DNA of 64,000 nt from Paramecium tetraurelia (GCA_000165425.1 CT868670.1:248001-312000), one strand, 5' to 3'. Positions 25,067 through 39,207 are shown, counted from the stretch's first letter. Numbers and translations are program-made. The notes: a model not told the origin generated them from the letters alone.

Positions 25067-28000
25067 TCACTGTTATTAATTCTCGGCTTTTTTTTGCTTT
25101 TTTAATAAATCTAAATTTTCATCATCATCCGCATCAAAATCATCAAGCATTAGCTTTTGAATATCAATTTCGCCTTCTTGATATTCTTTGTTTTCCTCAT
25201 TTTCATCTTTCTTTTTAGTATCATCTAAATTTTGACAATATGAATATCCGAGAATCAACCTAACACAAACTATCTTTCATATTTAATATGATCATTTACT
25301 CTATTTGGATAGTTAAAAATCTTTCCTGCAAGATTAAATATAATTTTATTATCTCTTCTCATAAAAAAGGATTCCATATTTTCAACTATTGCTGATTTGA
25401 TTTTCTCAGACTTTTATAATAATTATAAGATATTTACTTCAGTATAATTAAATCTCATTGGAAGTATGCACAAATGCGTATTCAAAGGTAGCATTATCTT
25501 GACTTCTTTTCTCCATTGCTCAATGATTTCTTCATAATTTCTACTCTTATAAATATGATTCCATTTAGCAACTGATTCCTCATCTTGTTTCTATTAGACT
25601 ACTCTTAACGTTCTATAAGTGGTCTTATATTCTAAGATTTTCAAATATTACTCCATCTTTTTATTAATTCCATCTAAATCATGCTTCCATTTAGTATAAA
25701 GGGAACGTTTTCCTCTAGCCTTTTCTACTCCTTATTTTACTTCCATGAAAATATCCTCTAATAACCTATTGATTCTATTCTTTTTGATTGGTTCTTTTAG
25801 AATTTGAGCAGAATAAAAAGAACCTACACTTTGATTCCAAGTTTTTTCTATGAATTCCTCATTCTATAATTTTAGCATATCTTCAAGTTCTTCCTCATCT
25901 ATTTTTATGTTAGTATCACCATCAGACTCCTCCTCTTCGCTTTCCTCTTATTTTCCTGGATTGGGAATAGTCTCTTTAATAAATGGATACCATTATCTTT
26001 TGTCATGCAAATGATAATATATCTGCTAGGGATTCTAATTAGCCATATTACCAAATCTATTTTTCAATCATTAATAATTACATATTTTTGTTATTAAAAA
26101 TAATCTCAATAGTTTTATACGGTAATTAACCAGGGTCAACAACTCTAATATTATAAAATAATAAATTATACTGTTTTCCATCTTTATCAAAAAAACGATC
26201 AATTTTAGAAAATTTGGCAATTGGGTTGGCTCTTAAAATTTCTTCCTCCGCTTCCTGCTTTTTAGCAATGGCAGTTTCTTTTTCATCCTCTCTATAAACA
26301 AAAAAAGGATTAGTAAATGTTTTTTTTTGTGAAGCTGATCCTGCTCCTTTTACAGTAGACTTGTTGCCATCCTCCTCTTTTAGTACACTCATTCTTTCCT
26401 TTGATTATTTCACTTCTCCCATTTATCTTTGGTTTTTAAGTCTGATATTTCCATTTAAATTTTCTAATTAAATTGTTTCTATAGCCTAATCATCCTGATC
26501 TCCTCTGCCATCATCTTCAGGTTAGAAAGTAGCATTAGTTCTTGCCTTTCGCCTATTCTCCTCTCCCTCTTTTTGTTATTACATAAGAATATCATTTTAT
26601 TTCTATTTTTTCTAAGCTTACTCCAATTACGCTTTTTCTAATTCTTATCTCTTCAAATCCATTACTTATTTCCTCTTTGGAACTGGCTTCTTTTTATCCT
26701 TACTTACATTACCTAAGGCATCCAATCCTAATCCACCTTCCTTCTTTGCTACCTGTTTTTCAGCATACAAAAACTTTCTTAAGGCTGCTCTTTTATCTTT
26801 TCTCACTCTTCCTTCTAAATTCATATGAAAATTTTCTTGAACATCCCAAAATGAGACACCAGATAGATCATGTGAAAAAACCATAAGCCAAGCATGAAAT
26901 TTGGAATTGGACTTGAGTGTACCCAAACAAACAAAAACTCTATGCTCAAATGGGATATATTTATGAGAATCTTTTTCACGCTCTCTCTTTCTGTCTTCTC
27001 TCTCAAATCCCATAAATAAACAAGCACCCAAGATTGCATGATCCTGTATAAATCCTTTTCTTATTTTCAATAAGAAATCAGGTGATCTCCAGACATCATT
27101 TGCTGAAGAAGAATCTTAGATAAATGGAATATTTCTAACAAAATGACACATTTCATGTAAGTTTTTCATCCTAATATCTTTAGGATTAGCAAACAATTCA
27201 TCTGTAGCTTCATCATTTTTAAATTTAATATAAAACTTCTCCAAATATTTACAAACCAAATGATAATAATTAAATTGATCCCTCACAAAGATATTCTTAA
27301 AAAATATGTTAAAGGCTGCCTAGTTATTATCCATATCAAACTATGAAAAATTACTTCTCACATGTTTATCCCAAGCTTTATACTCCTTATTCTCTCCATG
27401 ATCCTATTTAACTTAGAGTTGATCTGATATCTGATATGGATAAATGATCATCAGGAACCTCACAAAATTCATCTAATTTTAATTCTTCAGGTAAATCAGG
27501 AGCAAAGAACGCTTAAAATGTAATTTAAATATGACTAACATTAAACAACCCGCTCTCAAATTTCTTAGTAAAGGTAGCTTCACGTGTGTCAAATTAATAT
27601 CTCCTATTATCATCAGTCAATAAATTTTTTTTGAATTTGCTTGCTTTTTGAATTTCAGATAGAAACACTCTGCAATATCCCAAAGATTCGTCACTCAATA
27701 TATCTTATCCATCTAACCATAATTGTATAGTAATATCTGGTCTTGATTTCAATTCCTCACGTAAAGCATCTATGAGTAAATCTTTGTCTGTTTTTTAATT
27801 AATTATATCTTCAAAGGTCTTCTCTTTTCTAAGGATAGGTATCCTGAAGTATAATTCCTCATTATAAGATGGATTAGGATCATTCTTTATCATTCTGGTT
27901 GTTTTAGCCTGATCCCTCCAGGCCACAGTCAAGTATGTGTTGATGACTCCTCTATCATCTGGACTCAACACACTGTTCAATCTATTAATTGTAACTACTA

Positions 28001-29398
28001 GATAATATTATTCTGGAATGTAGGGGTTGAGTTCTCCATTTTATGAATATCGTGGTACCTTATTAAGATTTACTCTTCCTTCAATAATTGCTATATATGC
28101 TTCATCTCTTAAACCATCTTCATTGTCTCCTAAATCCTATTCTTCTTCTTCATCATTCCCATCCCACTTCTTTTGATGCTTATTTTTCTTCTTTGGTGGA
28201 GGTACTTTAAGTTTTAATCGAAATTGCACTTTCAAGTAATTGGTATCTTGTATTCCACGTAATGAGACTAATTTTTCAACTTTATTAAAATAGGCATCAA
28301 AAAATAATGTTACCTTCATCATTTATTATGTCAAATCCTCCATGGTTCCTCTAAAGTGCATATATCCTTTAAGATTTCTAAAATTGGGATTCTTGGTCTT
28401 CTTAATTTGTTCTGATTCAACTTATGGTTAAATTAGTTCATCTGTCATCAAAGTCAATTGTATTTTAGGATCATGCTCTTTCCCTTTATCTGCTATGATG
28501 TTTGATCCTTTCCAAGCTTCAAATGTTAGTTTGTAATCCCACACCTCCTAAAACAAAACATTGTAATAGATCCTAGCAAATTATCTTTTCTCTCCAAAAG
28601 CCTTTTTAATATCATCTTGTCTCCTTATATTTCCAGATGCAATATTAATCAAAGACACTTGAATTTTACCCAAAAACAAATTCAATCTAAATCTCCTATA
28701 TTCCCAAACTTCTATTATGAAATAACGTTCCTTAAGCATTTAATATGAGAGATGCATCTCAGTTTCAAACATCACCTTAATTACCTTGACTTCACTTCTT
28801 TTTAGATCCTGGCAGATTTCTGATTTAAAAAAGACTTCTCCACTTGATACATCTGCATACTCATTAGCATTCTTTCCAATTTAACCTATTCTGAAATTCA
28901 GAAAAATTGATAATTATTCCTTTTATAAATTCTCCAACCTTATTTCATTAATAAAAACCTTCCATATCCTAACTTTATTATCCTCCATCATTATTAGTTC
29001 TTTCTAAAATCAAATAAAAATTCTACATTGATTTCTAATTTAGTATCATCAAGCACTAAATAATAAGGCTTGCCTATCTCATTCTCAATCAATTGTTCTG
29101 GCCTCAAGTTCTCTAATTTTTTATCATATTTTTCTGCTTAATTAACTTACTTCTTTTTCCTTTATGATTTTTCTTTAGAACTTATATCCTCATCTATCTA
29201 AATTTTAATGCTTTTATCCCTTGCAGATTTTTTCTTATCTTTAAAATTGCTATCAATTTCCTCCTTGTTGTTAATCAATATATCTTCCTCTTTCTGTTGC
29301 CTTGCTTGTTCTTCTTCCAATCTCTGCTATTCTTATCGTTTTAGGTTCTCTTTTTTCTTCTCCTTCTCTAATACTCTAAGATGATCATCTTATATCAT
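25067..29398 (-). CDS. Multi-C2-domain protein with CEP76/CC2D2A-type transglutaminase-like domain
   Basis: C2-like segments (INTYLTVAWRDQAKTTRMIKNDPNPSYNEELYF). FVRNIPF..DVWRSPDFLL..GFIQDHAIL, VFVCLGT...HAWLM...SFWD and YKTIEIIFNNKN..N...QWYPF parallel CEP76/CC2D2A motifs. Confidence 0.8.
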
Positions 29399-29482
29399 TC
29401 TATTACTTATTATATATAAAATTACAAGCTAAGCAATTGCAATAATAATTATCATTATATATATTTATTTCATCTCAATATA

Positions 29483-30045
29483 ATGAATAAGAAAATGAAA
29501 CATTCGGGATCTATTACATTTAGAATGCATGAATCGAGTTTGATGGACTCAATTTTAGATTCAACTACTGCAAGATAGCCTCATTCTCTATGTGAAGATT
29601 CGATTGCCTTCATTTTGATGGCCTAGAGTGCCAATGACCATATAAGAATAATAAGAGTATCATAGTATAATTTAAACAGAGGAAATTATTCAATCCACTA
29701 AAGAAACGAAAAATAGACTTCGTCAAGGTATCCAAGATTTGAGATTGAGTCTAAACAATCTGGAACACTCTCAATAAAGAGACATTCTCAATACTGAATA
29801 TGAATTCACAGTCAATGTCAATAAATTGAAATCTGTAACTTTGATTAATATTCCTCAAGAGCCTATTTTATCATATTTAGGATTAAAGAGAGCAGAACAA
29901 TCAGTTTGATTAATAGATAGATTCCTTACAATAAGATTGCGATGACATTGAATATCAAAGTAACAAATTGGATAAGATATTATAATACATGTGTAGTAAG
30001 ACAGGATAATATTAATATATTGATTATGATAACTATATTCAATGA
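29483..30045 (+). CDS. Hypothetical protein
   Basis: MNKKMKHSGSITFRMHESSLMDSILD ... IDYDNYIQ*; needs one short intron to keep frame. Confidence 0.55.
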
Positions 30046-30698
30046 CTATATTTATTTATTTATTTATAAAATTTCAGTGAATATAAATATTAAAACAATT
30101 TTAGAATTAAAGTAGATGTGGAGTTTAGAAACATTTTTTGTTCTACAAGACAATCATTTAAAAGTTACATTCAACAAGATTTCAGTTACTCTAAGGGAAT
30201 CAATAAATTTTTGTTAAATTTTCAAGTCGAAAAGATTCACATAAAAATTTAAAGAGAAATCCTAAAGATTAACATCTTTGATAATTGAATATCTATTTTT
30301 ATCAATTCTATAAGATAAATTTATTTAAAATAGATTTATATTATTGGGAAGTTTATTATAATTTTATACATTTTTTAATGAAGTTAAAAGAGACTATTTG
30401 ATAAAGAATTTATAAAAATGAATTTGTTTGAAACTAAAAGCAATCTATCCTTTCAATGATACATAAACCTGAGTAGATATTAAATAATTATTAATTTAAA
30501 CCATAGTTTAAGGGAATCCTCAACTCAAATAAATTAATAATATTTCATTCACATTCTTCTCATTATCCATAAGAATCAAAAAAGAAATAGGATAAATATA
30601 TTTAGTTACTTATAAGATGTAGTAGTTTAGTTGAAAGGATAGTCAAGAATCGATAATTGAAAATTTAATAATGTTACTAGCCTTATAAAAAAAATAAA

Positions 30699-31858
30699 TC
30701 ATGTTTCTATCAAGAATTAGATAAAAACACTAATTAGTTGGTTACTTAGTGACCCAAATAAACCTGTTGTTGAAATAAAGTGTTCAAACCATGTTGCTAA
30801 TTTAATTGTCCTTGCTGTATTGGACTGTAAACTACGGCTACAGGAGCTTAATATAACTAATATTAAGGATCTACAGATAAATTGAAATATATTACAAGAG
30901 AAATTTCCAAGCATCATAGGGTATGGAATTGAAAAATATGGATTAATTGGCAATTGAGGTTAAATTTCTTGAATATCATTATAATGTTCCATATATTGTC
31001 GAGACTCTGTAAGATGCTTTTCTTCTGTTATATGTTAAGCTTTATCAATTTTAGATTGTTGATCCTTGTTAATAATGGCTTTCTTTGAGGGAATTGCATA
31101 ATAAGGGTTCTTGATCTTCAAGTATTTTTGCCTCAAATAGGAGTAAAAACGATTTTTGATCATATTTTCCTAAAGAATAAGAGATTAATATTTACAGGTC
31201 TACCAACCAAGAGGTCTTAGATTTTAGTCCACTTTGAGCCTATTTCTTGATAAGCTTTGAGGATGATGTGATCTTCTTCTTCAGTAAAAGGTTCAAACTT
31301 TATTTGTGGATTAAGTTTATTAATAAACCTTTCTCGAATTTATTTACTCGTTTTTTCAGGAAGGAATTTAGCAATTCTGCTCCAATTTTTTCTGTATTTA
31401 GCGACTAATTTCAAAATAAGTTGATCCTCTTCTTTAGTAAAGGGTTTTCTTTTTTTTAACTTAACATAACTAATCAAATTTACATCATCTGGCTTGATTC
31501 TTTTCCATCTCTAAGCACATTATGAAGGATTTCGATTGATCATAGAAGCTGCAATTTGAACCCAATTAGGTCCATGTAATTATAAGGAGCACTGCAATTA
31601 ATGATCTTCCTGAGCACTCCAGGGTTTTCTAATTTTCTTGTTTTCATAAATCTTGTTTCTCTTCCTTATGTGTTTTTGTTTTATACACAGAGTTTCAGTA
31701 GCATCCAAAATTAACTTGTTTGATTTGCTCTCTTACTTCTAATTTTCACTAAGTTGTATCTTTTTCCCCTTTCTCTGCGGTGAGTAATCTGACCTGATAA
31801 GTGCTCTTTCATCAACACTCTATTAGTATATTGATACTATGTTTTCAGACACGTCCAT
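30699..31858 (-). CDS. Three-repeat Myb transcription factor
   Basis: KPWSAQED...GPNWVQIA...RNPSQCAQRW; PFTKEED...NWSRIAKFLPEKTSKQIRERFINKLNP; PFTEEED...GSKWTKI...GRP-ENMIKNRFY. Confidence 0.92.
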
Positions 31859-32208
31859 TGATAATATTAATAAATTACAGAACTGATGTCTTTTTAAACT
31901 AAAATATTTATAATGTTATGTCGTTGTAGTATTATTGTATATAAGATAAAAATTCAAAGAAATTAAACTAATATGTCTACTTGAAGTGCTTAATACTCAT
32001 CATATAGCATCTAGATTTAATAAGCAGCATAAGATTAAGCATTCTCTATTGTTTCTAGATCATTTGAAAAACAAACGAAATCTCTCACTTTATATTATGA
32101 AATGGAGTTGTGGGAATTGGTATTAGTAATGAATGTTAAAAATAATTTAGTAAAAATAAGGAAAAATGTCAATTACTGTAATATTTATATTATCTTTTTA
32201 TATGAATA

Positions 32209-33255
32209 TCATTCAGCCGATAACATCACTAAATCTTAGACTACGTTATCAAATAGAGGATGAGTCAATTCTGACAATTTGGCTTCAATTTCTTGAAGTG
32301 TCAATTCCTCGAAATACTTTTTGCTTCTACAGATCATCAAACCACAAAGTTCAGCATAGGCTGGTTTCATTCCGTGTTCATGAATGAAATCAAATTGATT
32401 TCTCTATCTTAGCACATCAACAATAATACCCTAGGGAAGATGTATGCCAATTGTGGACTAACGAACATGATATTGTGTGGTATTTCATGAGCCAAAAGTG
32501 TGTCTATGGTTAGAGATAACAATTCTATGATGTTTTCTCCTGTTATCACCAGGGTTCTTATGGGATAATTTTCAACTTCTCCAAGTGTTGCATTTTTGAT
32601 GGTGGCCAAGGGTTTGATGGGGAATTCTTCAACTGGGAATCGATTGTTATCAAAAAGTTGATCCACATAAATAAGATGCAAATGCAAATGATTGATAGAA
32701 CAATTGGCTAATTTGCTATGTAAATATATGAGTGATTTTGAGTACCTATTATATCCTATTCTCAAATGAGGGGATTGGGATATCTTGAAAAGGATGAATA
32801 CACTTTCAGCTATGAATCCGCTAAGAAGTTATTGAAATTTGGAATTCAAAAATGGGACGACAATTGAATGATATGAGCATATGGGTGCTGTGTTAACGAG
32901 GATCGGGTTGTCGTTATTTTCATTCATATTGTTTTCGTCATCCACTATTTCCCCTGTAGAGATATCTACTCGAAACAGGATCTCTTTTTATTCCACATTA
33001 AGAAAGTTAACGTCATCTTCATTGAATTCTCCAATCAATTCTGTTTCAGGATCTCTGATTTGAGTGGGCACTTTGTTTTCAATCTCTAAATGAATGAAGG
33101 ACGATTACTAATTGTAAATTAAAGTAGGCCTTGAATGGTAAGATGGGTTTGGTGTGGATGAATTTTAAAGTGGATCGAAATAGATCTCTTGATTTTTCAT
33201 ATTTGTCACTCCATTTTTATTTTAAGGTGTCCTCTAAACAAGGCTTTTGGATCAT
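32209..33255 (-). CDS. GDPGP1: GDP-D-glucose phosphorylase 1-like (HIT superfamily, GDPGP1/VTC2 family)
   Basis: ILVNTAPICSYHSIVVP, LRIGYNS-KLANCSINHLHLHLIY, IPHNIM, YIFPR, KPAYAELCG. Confidence 0.85.
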
Positions 33256-33361
33256 ATTATAATATCAAATTTATTGTATATATATAATACACAAAAATAA
33301 TCATTAGATAAATTTGCTAATAAATTATTCAAAATCTGCAGTCCCAAATGGAACATTATTA

Positions 33362-34316
33362 ATGATAAATGATTTTTTGGATTTCTGTTAAAAAAACAAT
33401 GGTACTCAAATGAGCAAGCAACTTCCAAGAAAGAAATGGAAAGAAGTCGAAGATGAATTACTACTCAAAGCCATCAAGAAATATGGAAATCAATGGAGTA
33501 AAATACAAGAAGAAGTTCCAACCAAGGATTCCAAACAATGTCAAGCAAGGTGGAAGATCCTAAAAAATGTAATATATCCTTAAGATGACTTAGAAAGAAG
33601 AAATTTTGGAGAGATTGGATGCTTTGGGTGATTATTCAGACATGGACAATCAAAACCACAAAGTGAAGAAAGCCAAGAAAAAACAAAGAGAAATACCTCG
33701 GAGATACAATCCACACTTTGATTACAATGAGGAATCCTCTAGTGAATCAATGCATCTATAGTAATTCCAATAGGCTCTAATTAAATAACCATATTAATTG
33801 ACATTACTTTAACAACAGAAAAGAGAGTAGATTCAGAAGTAGGCCTAAACTTAATATTAGAATGTTTGGAATGCTATGGATGACAAAATGCTGTGGGCTG
33901 CCTTTAAAATATATAAAGGAGTTTGGAATCAAATTACATCTAGATTTCAAGAGAAAAACCCCTAGAGTTGTATGGAGAGATATTAATATGTAAGTCATTG
34001 TGTGGAATTATCGTAGTTATTGTAATAAAAGAAGATGAAATTGTAGGAGGATGGATCATCAGTAGATATCATTTCCTCTTTGGCTGAAGACAGTTCCATC
34101 TTGGGTTCAGAGTAATTCGATATTACTCAAAGTGAAGGAGGGGATTCCACTGATTAACAACAACAAACTGACTATAAGGTTGTTCCCCTTGGAGTTTATA
34201 CTGTTTAATAGTGCCATACAAACATTGAAAGGATCCTTAAATCATTTTCCAATCACAATTTAGATACCCTACCTGGCATACGTGAGTCAATTGTTAAACT
34301 CATATTAACTGATTGA
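33362..34316 (+). CDS. Myb/SANT-domain protein
   Basis: KKWKEVEDELLLKAIKKYGNQWSKIQEEVPTKDSKQCQARWKIL (one Myb repeat), then an acidic low-complexity region. Confidence 0.85.
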
Positions 34317-34348
34317 TTTACAATGTATTGTTATATTTTATATATATC

Positions 34349-35735
34349 TCATCTGAAATACATTAAACTTCTGGCCTTTAATCCTTCAACCTCTGAAACA
34401 TCCTCCTCTTATTTAATCCAATAATCAACGAATAGTTGCTTCTAAGCTGCGTTGTTAACATCGACCTTAATGAATTAATGATAATCATAGGCAACGTGAT
34501 CTTTCTAAATTTCATATATTAATTGTTATATACCCACTCCTTTGGAACTTCAGTTCCTCTCCAGAGCCATGCTCCTCTCAATTGGAGATTTGGTTCATCA
34601 CCATAGACTCCGTGAATGGCGAAGGCATACTTTCTGAAATTTTGATCTAATCTTTAGTTAATGAAGCCCTTCATTAAGTTGTTGGTGAGAATCAATTGCT
34701 TTCCTTCGTTTTCTGACTTGTTATATCTGACTAACCACAAGGACCATCCATTCAAATCAATTGTGGCAAAGAGGGTATCGATGTTTTTTTAAATATCTTT
34801 TTCTGCAAAAAAGATTCTCTTGTAATCATCAATGTTGAAAGTTGAAGGTGGTAACAAATCTAGAGGGTTTGCTTCTTTCTTTTTTGGTGCATCGTCCTCC
34901 TCTTCCTATTTTGGCTATTATTTAGGTTATTCTGTCTATTTAGGTTGTTCTTTCTATTTAGGTTATTCTTTTTATTTGGGTTTTTCATGTTGCTCGTTTT
35001 ATTTTGGTTATTCTTATTTCTTCTCTTTCTTCTCTTTCTCCTAAGCTACTTCATTTAAAGCAAAGGCAGTCTTTGGGAATCTTGGTCTGCCGAACTCCTT
35101 TGATAATATTACAAAATTCTATTACTGCTCTCCATTCAGGAAGTGAATTCACTTCGTTCAACCATTTTAATAAATGTTGGAATTTGCTTCTCTCTGCCTC
35201 TCCGAACAAAAGGGTGAATGCAAAGGTAACAACTTATGCTAAGGCAATATCAGCGATTGTCAATGAATCTCCAGAGATGAATTTAGTTTTTCCTAATTGA
35301 GTATCCACAATTGTCAATGCGTAGGTAATTTAAGCCAATGAGGTCTTAAATTACGAAGGAATAGCTGGAATTTGACCCAAAACTTAGATAGCTGCTGTTA
35401 TGACGTCTGTTTCTAGCTCATTTATTGTTACATCAAGCCATTAATCAACTAAACCCTATTAATAGGGTGTTTTTCTAAGTTCAATTAATATAATATATAT
35501 ACCCATATAATCCTTATGAGTGTCTTGCTATGTATCTAAGGATGGCGTTGCTTTCAAAAAGATTGCCTTCTTTTGTTTCCAAGACTGGAAGTTTTCCAAA
35601 TGGGAATTAGGTTTAGGTGTTCTTGTCATTCGATTGTGTATCAACCAATTCCAATTAGAGGTGTGCCAACTTAGCTGCCACTAAGATTTTATTTGTTCTT
35701 GTTTAACCAGATGGTGAATGTAATTTTATAGACAT
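34349..35735 (-). CDS. EEF1G: Translation elongation factor eEF1B-gamma
   Basis: GST-like N-terminus (FPFGKLPVLET..GNLFESNAILRYIA; ESLTIADI), K/E/Q linker, and EF1G domain (NPLDLLPPSTFNIDDYKR, GWSLW, QRLD..RKYAF, GAWLWRG). Confidence 0.95.
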
Positions 35736-35907
35736 GAATTAAAGATTTAATTTAATTTTACTTTTTTAAACATCACACTCATAATATTTTTATTAAATTA
35801 CAATCAATTCTTCCCCCAAAATTTAGCAAACACTCCTCTGTATGTTGCCTTCAAAGCTTTATGCTATTCAATTTAATAATTTATTTTACATCGTGTTAAT
35901 AATAGTA

Positions 35908-36700
35908 ATGAATTATTGCCAATATCACTGCAAAAACCAGAACATCTCCCTTTGGAATATCTATCATATACCCCTTCCTCTTCATAAGGTTCAGGAGTGT
36001 TTCAAAAAAACGAGGCACAATACTCAACATGATCTCCTAAACTCTTTAACTTCATAGACAATCATACCTAGTTTTCGATTCTAAAAGTAAGGAAAAAGCT
36101 CCTAAAAAACCTCCTGTCATAGGAATCAATGGGTCAACGACTTTTCGAAATCTTACCTGCTTGCACCAATTGTATCTCAACGATTAAACCATTAAAGTTA
36201 AAAACAACACACTCTTAATGTAAGATAGTAATGATCTTGCTGTTGTACTTATTGGACTTAATTATAAGAAATGCAATCATACTTTTTTATAAAGGCTTTT
36301 CGCTTATATATCAAGAACGGCAACAAATGGACAGGAAGATAGACTTTAGCGTTCTTGTAAAATAAGAGTGGAAACCTCATTATAATAAGTAATTTACATA
36401 TGAAGCAGTTGGGATTCACAAGTAAATCCTGGATGAAAAAACTGGCATTTGTATGGTTATCCTCATTCTAAAAATATGGTGATCTTACCTTAGATGTAAT
36501 TAAGTTGTTCCTCTACAGGAAAAGAGTAAATATCATTCATATTTGAATACAATTAATTTAATCATGATGATTAATGTTTTCACTAAAGAGTTGATAATAC
36601 ATCATTAAAGACCTTTATTTTTTTGTAAATAGACTCTAAAATTAGACATTTCTATAAAAAGTTCTTATTTTAGTTGAATGGTTTATATAAAAATCATTAA
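35908..36700 (+). CDS. Hypothetical protein (boundaries uncertain)
   Basis: Coding-like frame MNYCQYHCKNQNISLWNIYHIPL with short intron-like GT..AG segments; no family recognised; stop not resolved. Confidence 0.35.
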
Positions 36701-36715
36701 TTATGTGTAGTTCAA

Positions 36716-37506
36716 TCATTAAGTACCACAACAAGTGTCTGATTGTTTTTTGATCTGAATGCTTTGTTCGAAATTCGATTACACTAACGGTTAATAGGAA
36801 CTTTTGTGTTCAGAATTCGGATAATCTTAATGGTTTGAAGACTTCTCTTCTTCAATACATTACTGTTTGTGCTCATAAATTTCTAGTATGTATATGAATA
36901 GTAACTTCTAATCAATTGTTCAAAGGATTCCTTAACATTGGTTCCTTCCTTAGCTGATGTCTCATAATAAATCATGTTGTATTTAGAACACACCTGTTAG
37001 ACTTCATTGACAGACACACATCGATTTGAGGGGTTCTCCTAAATCAAATCCAATTTATTGCCAACTAACATGATAACTATGCTGTCCTCTGTGTATTAAA
37101 TAATCTCCATTGAAATTTAGATCAATACCTCCTGACGCCAACTCAGTACATTATCAAACGAATTCTTATCGCTTAAATCGTAAAACAATAGTGCTCCTTC
37201 TGATTTTCGATAATGTGCTGTAGTGATGGCTTTATACTTTTCAGCTCCTGCCGTATCCCAAATTACCGACTTCACTATTTTACCTTCTTCCGGTAGTAGA
37301 ATGGATTGAGCTGCATATTCTACACCAATTGTTGGTTGGGATTGTTTCTTGATAACATTTTTGGTTAATCTAAATTGGATTAGATTTGTTACCGAATCAG
37401 ATAGCTTGTCTTACCAACGCTTGAGTCTCCCACTAAGATTACTATGATTTGAGAAGAATGAGTTACTTTTATATAATTCATCGTATGGCTTGCCGGGTTC
37501 ATCCAT
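36716..37506 (-). CDS. Rab GTPase, Rab11-related, divergent
   Basis: LVGDSSVGKT, PTIGVEY, WDTAGAEKYKAITTAHYR, LVGNKLD, ETSAK, and a C-terminal TCCGTQ* prenylation motif. Confidence 0.92.
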
Positions 37507-37566
37507 TTATAATAATTTGTTATAAGAAATTATACAATCGAGTAACTCTCTCATTCTATAGATTAA

Positions 37567-39139
37567 TCAATTTAATAAACTAAATTTATCCATCATTTCT
37601 ATGAATTCATTGTAATCTATTTCTCCATCTCCATTCTTATCTGCCTCTCTGACCATATCATCCCAATATTTCTCATCAATAATATTGTCACTTTCTAAAA
37701 ATAACAATACTTTATTTACTTCCCAATACAGTTTGCAATTCATGTTTGTCAATCTTTCCACTTCCATCCAAATCCAACATCTTAAACGCCTGATACAACT
37801 TTTCTTCCTTCATGTACAGAGACTTCTCCATAGTTGCAGCCAAGAATTCTTGAGATTATTTGAATTCCTACCTGTGTAATTGATTGTGCCATTTCCATCA
37901 GTATCAATGCTCTTGATGACATTTGCCAAGTCTTTTGCTTATGAATCACTCATTCCTGTCAACCCTTCTCTCAATTCCTCGATAGTCAGAACTCCATCTC
38001 CATTCTTATCCAATTGTTTGAATAACCTTTTCTTAGTATTTAATGATTACTTTCCTAGATCTGTGATTTCTTATTCATTCAATTGAGAAGCTATGAATGT
38101 CAATGCCACCTTCTTCAGTTTATTGCTGCCTGTAAAATTCTTTAATTAACCAAAATTTAATTTCAATTCTAAAATAGAAATTTAAGAATTCTACATTTAG
38201 TTTGTTTACTGCCATCTTTCATCCACTTATGTTGTATCACCTATGATGCCTTGTACCTCTTCTCAGGAGTCGTAATCATATGAGAGATGAGATCCTTGGC
38301 TGACTCGGTCACAGCCTTCATCTCTGGGATTTCCAAAGTATATTCTCCCTTTTGAACAGCATCCAAGATTTCAGGATCACTGTCTCCATAAAAGGGTGGC
38401 ACTCCTGATAAGAGTATGTAGAGGATGACACCTGCACTCCAGATGTCGCAGGATTCATCGTAACTTCCTTTGAGCACTTCAGGAGAAATGTAGTATGGCG
38501 TTCCAGCCTTTGTTTTCATAGTGACCTTCTGATTTCCTGCTTGTTTGGCTGAGATTGGATCTTCAAATAAGGTGCTCAATCCAAAATCAATAACCTTGAT
38601 TGGAGAATCTTCGGCTTTAGTTAGGAATAAGAAGTTTTCAGGTTTCAAATCTCGATGACAAATACCATTAGTATGGCAATAGTTCAATGCCTAAGGAATT
38701 ATTGTATAAGGATGTACTTGCATAATTTGAAGAAAGATTTCATGTGCTTCTGCTTCGCTAAAACATCCCTTGTCCATAATTCGATCGAAGAGCTCTCCAC
38801 CTTCGCAAAGTCTTGAATAGTAGTATGATATTGATACTCCATAACGAGATAGACGTTTCTTTGATCTTCGAAGGTTTCGTATAGTTTGATGATATTTGGA
38901 TGATCCAATTATCTCAGAATATCTATTTCTTTTTTGAATCGGTCAGGGTTCTTAACTTTGCTTTTCGGAATGACTTTGACAGCCCTCTGATTTTTAGTGC
39001 CCTTGAGTGTGGCCTTGACAACACTCCCATAGGTGCCAGATCCAATGACCTTTTTTAGATTGATATCATAATATTATTCAATCTTGCCTTCATGGCTCAT
39101 AATGAACCATTATTTCTTCAAAAATACATCTTGATTCAT
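37567..39139 (-). CDS. Calcium-dependent protein kinase (CDPK), kinase plus 4 EF-hands
   Basis: [33 protein letters not shown], junction NKLKKVALTFIA, EF-hands DKNGDGVL, DTDGNGTI, DLDGSGKI, DKNGDGEI. Confidence 0.96.
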
Positions 39140-39207
39140 ACTTTTTTTTATTTTTTATTATATTTATTTTAAGCTAAAATGCTTAAATATATATATCTAT
39201 TTTTATA

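Noticed and set aside
30117..30420. About 100-codon TGA-free frame on the plus strand
   Set aside because: It is very AT-rich with no motif. With a single stop codon, frames of this length occur by chance.
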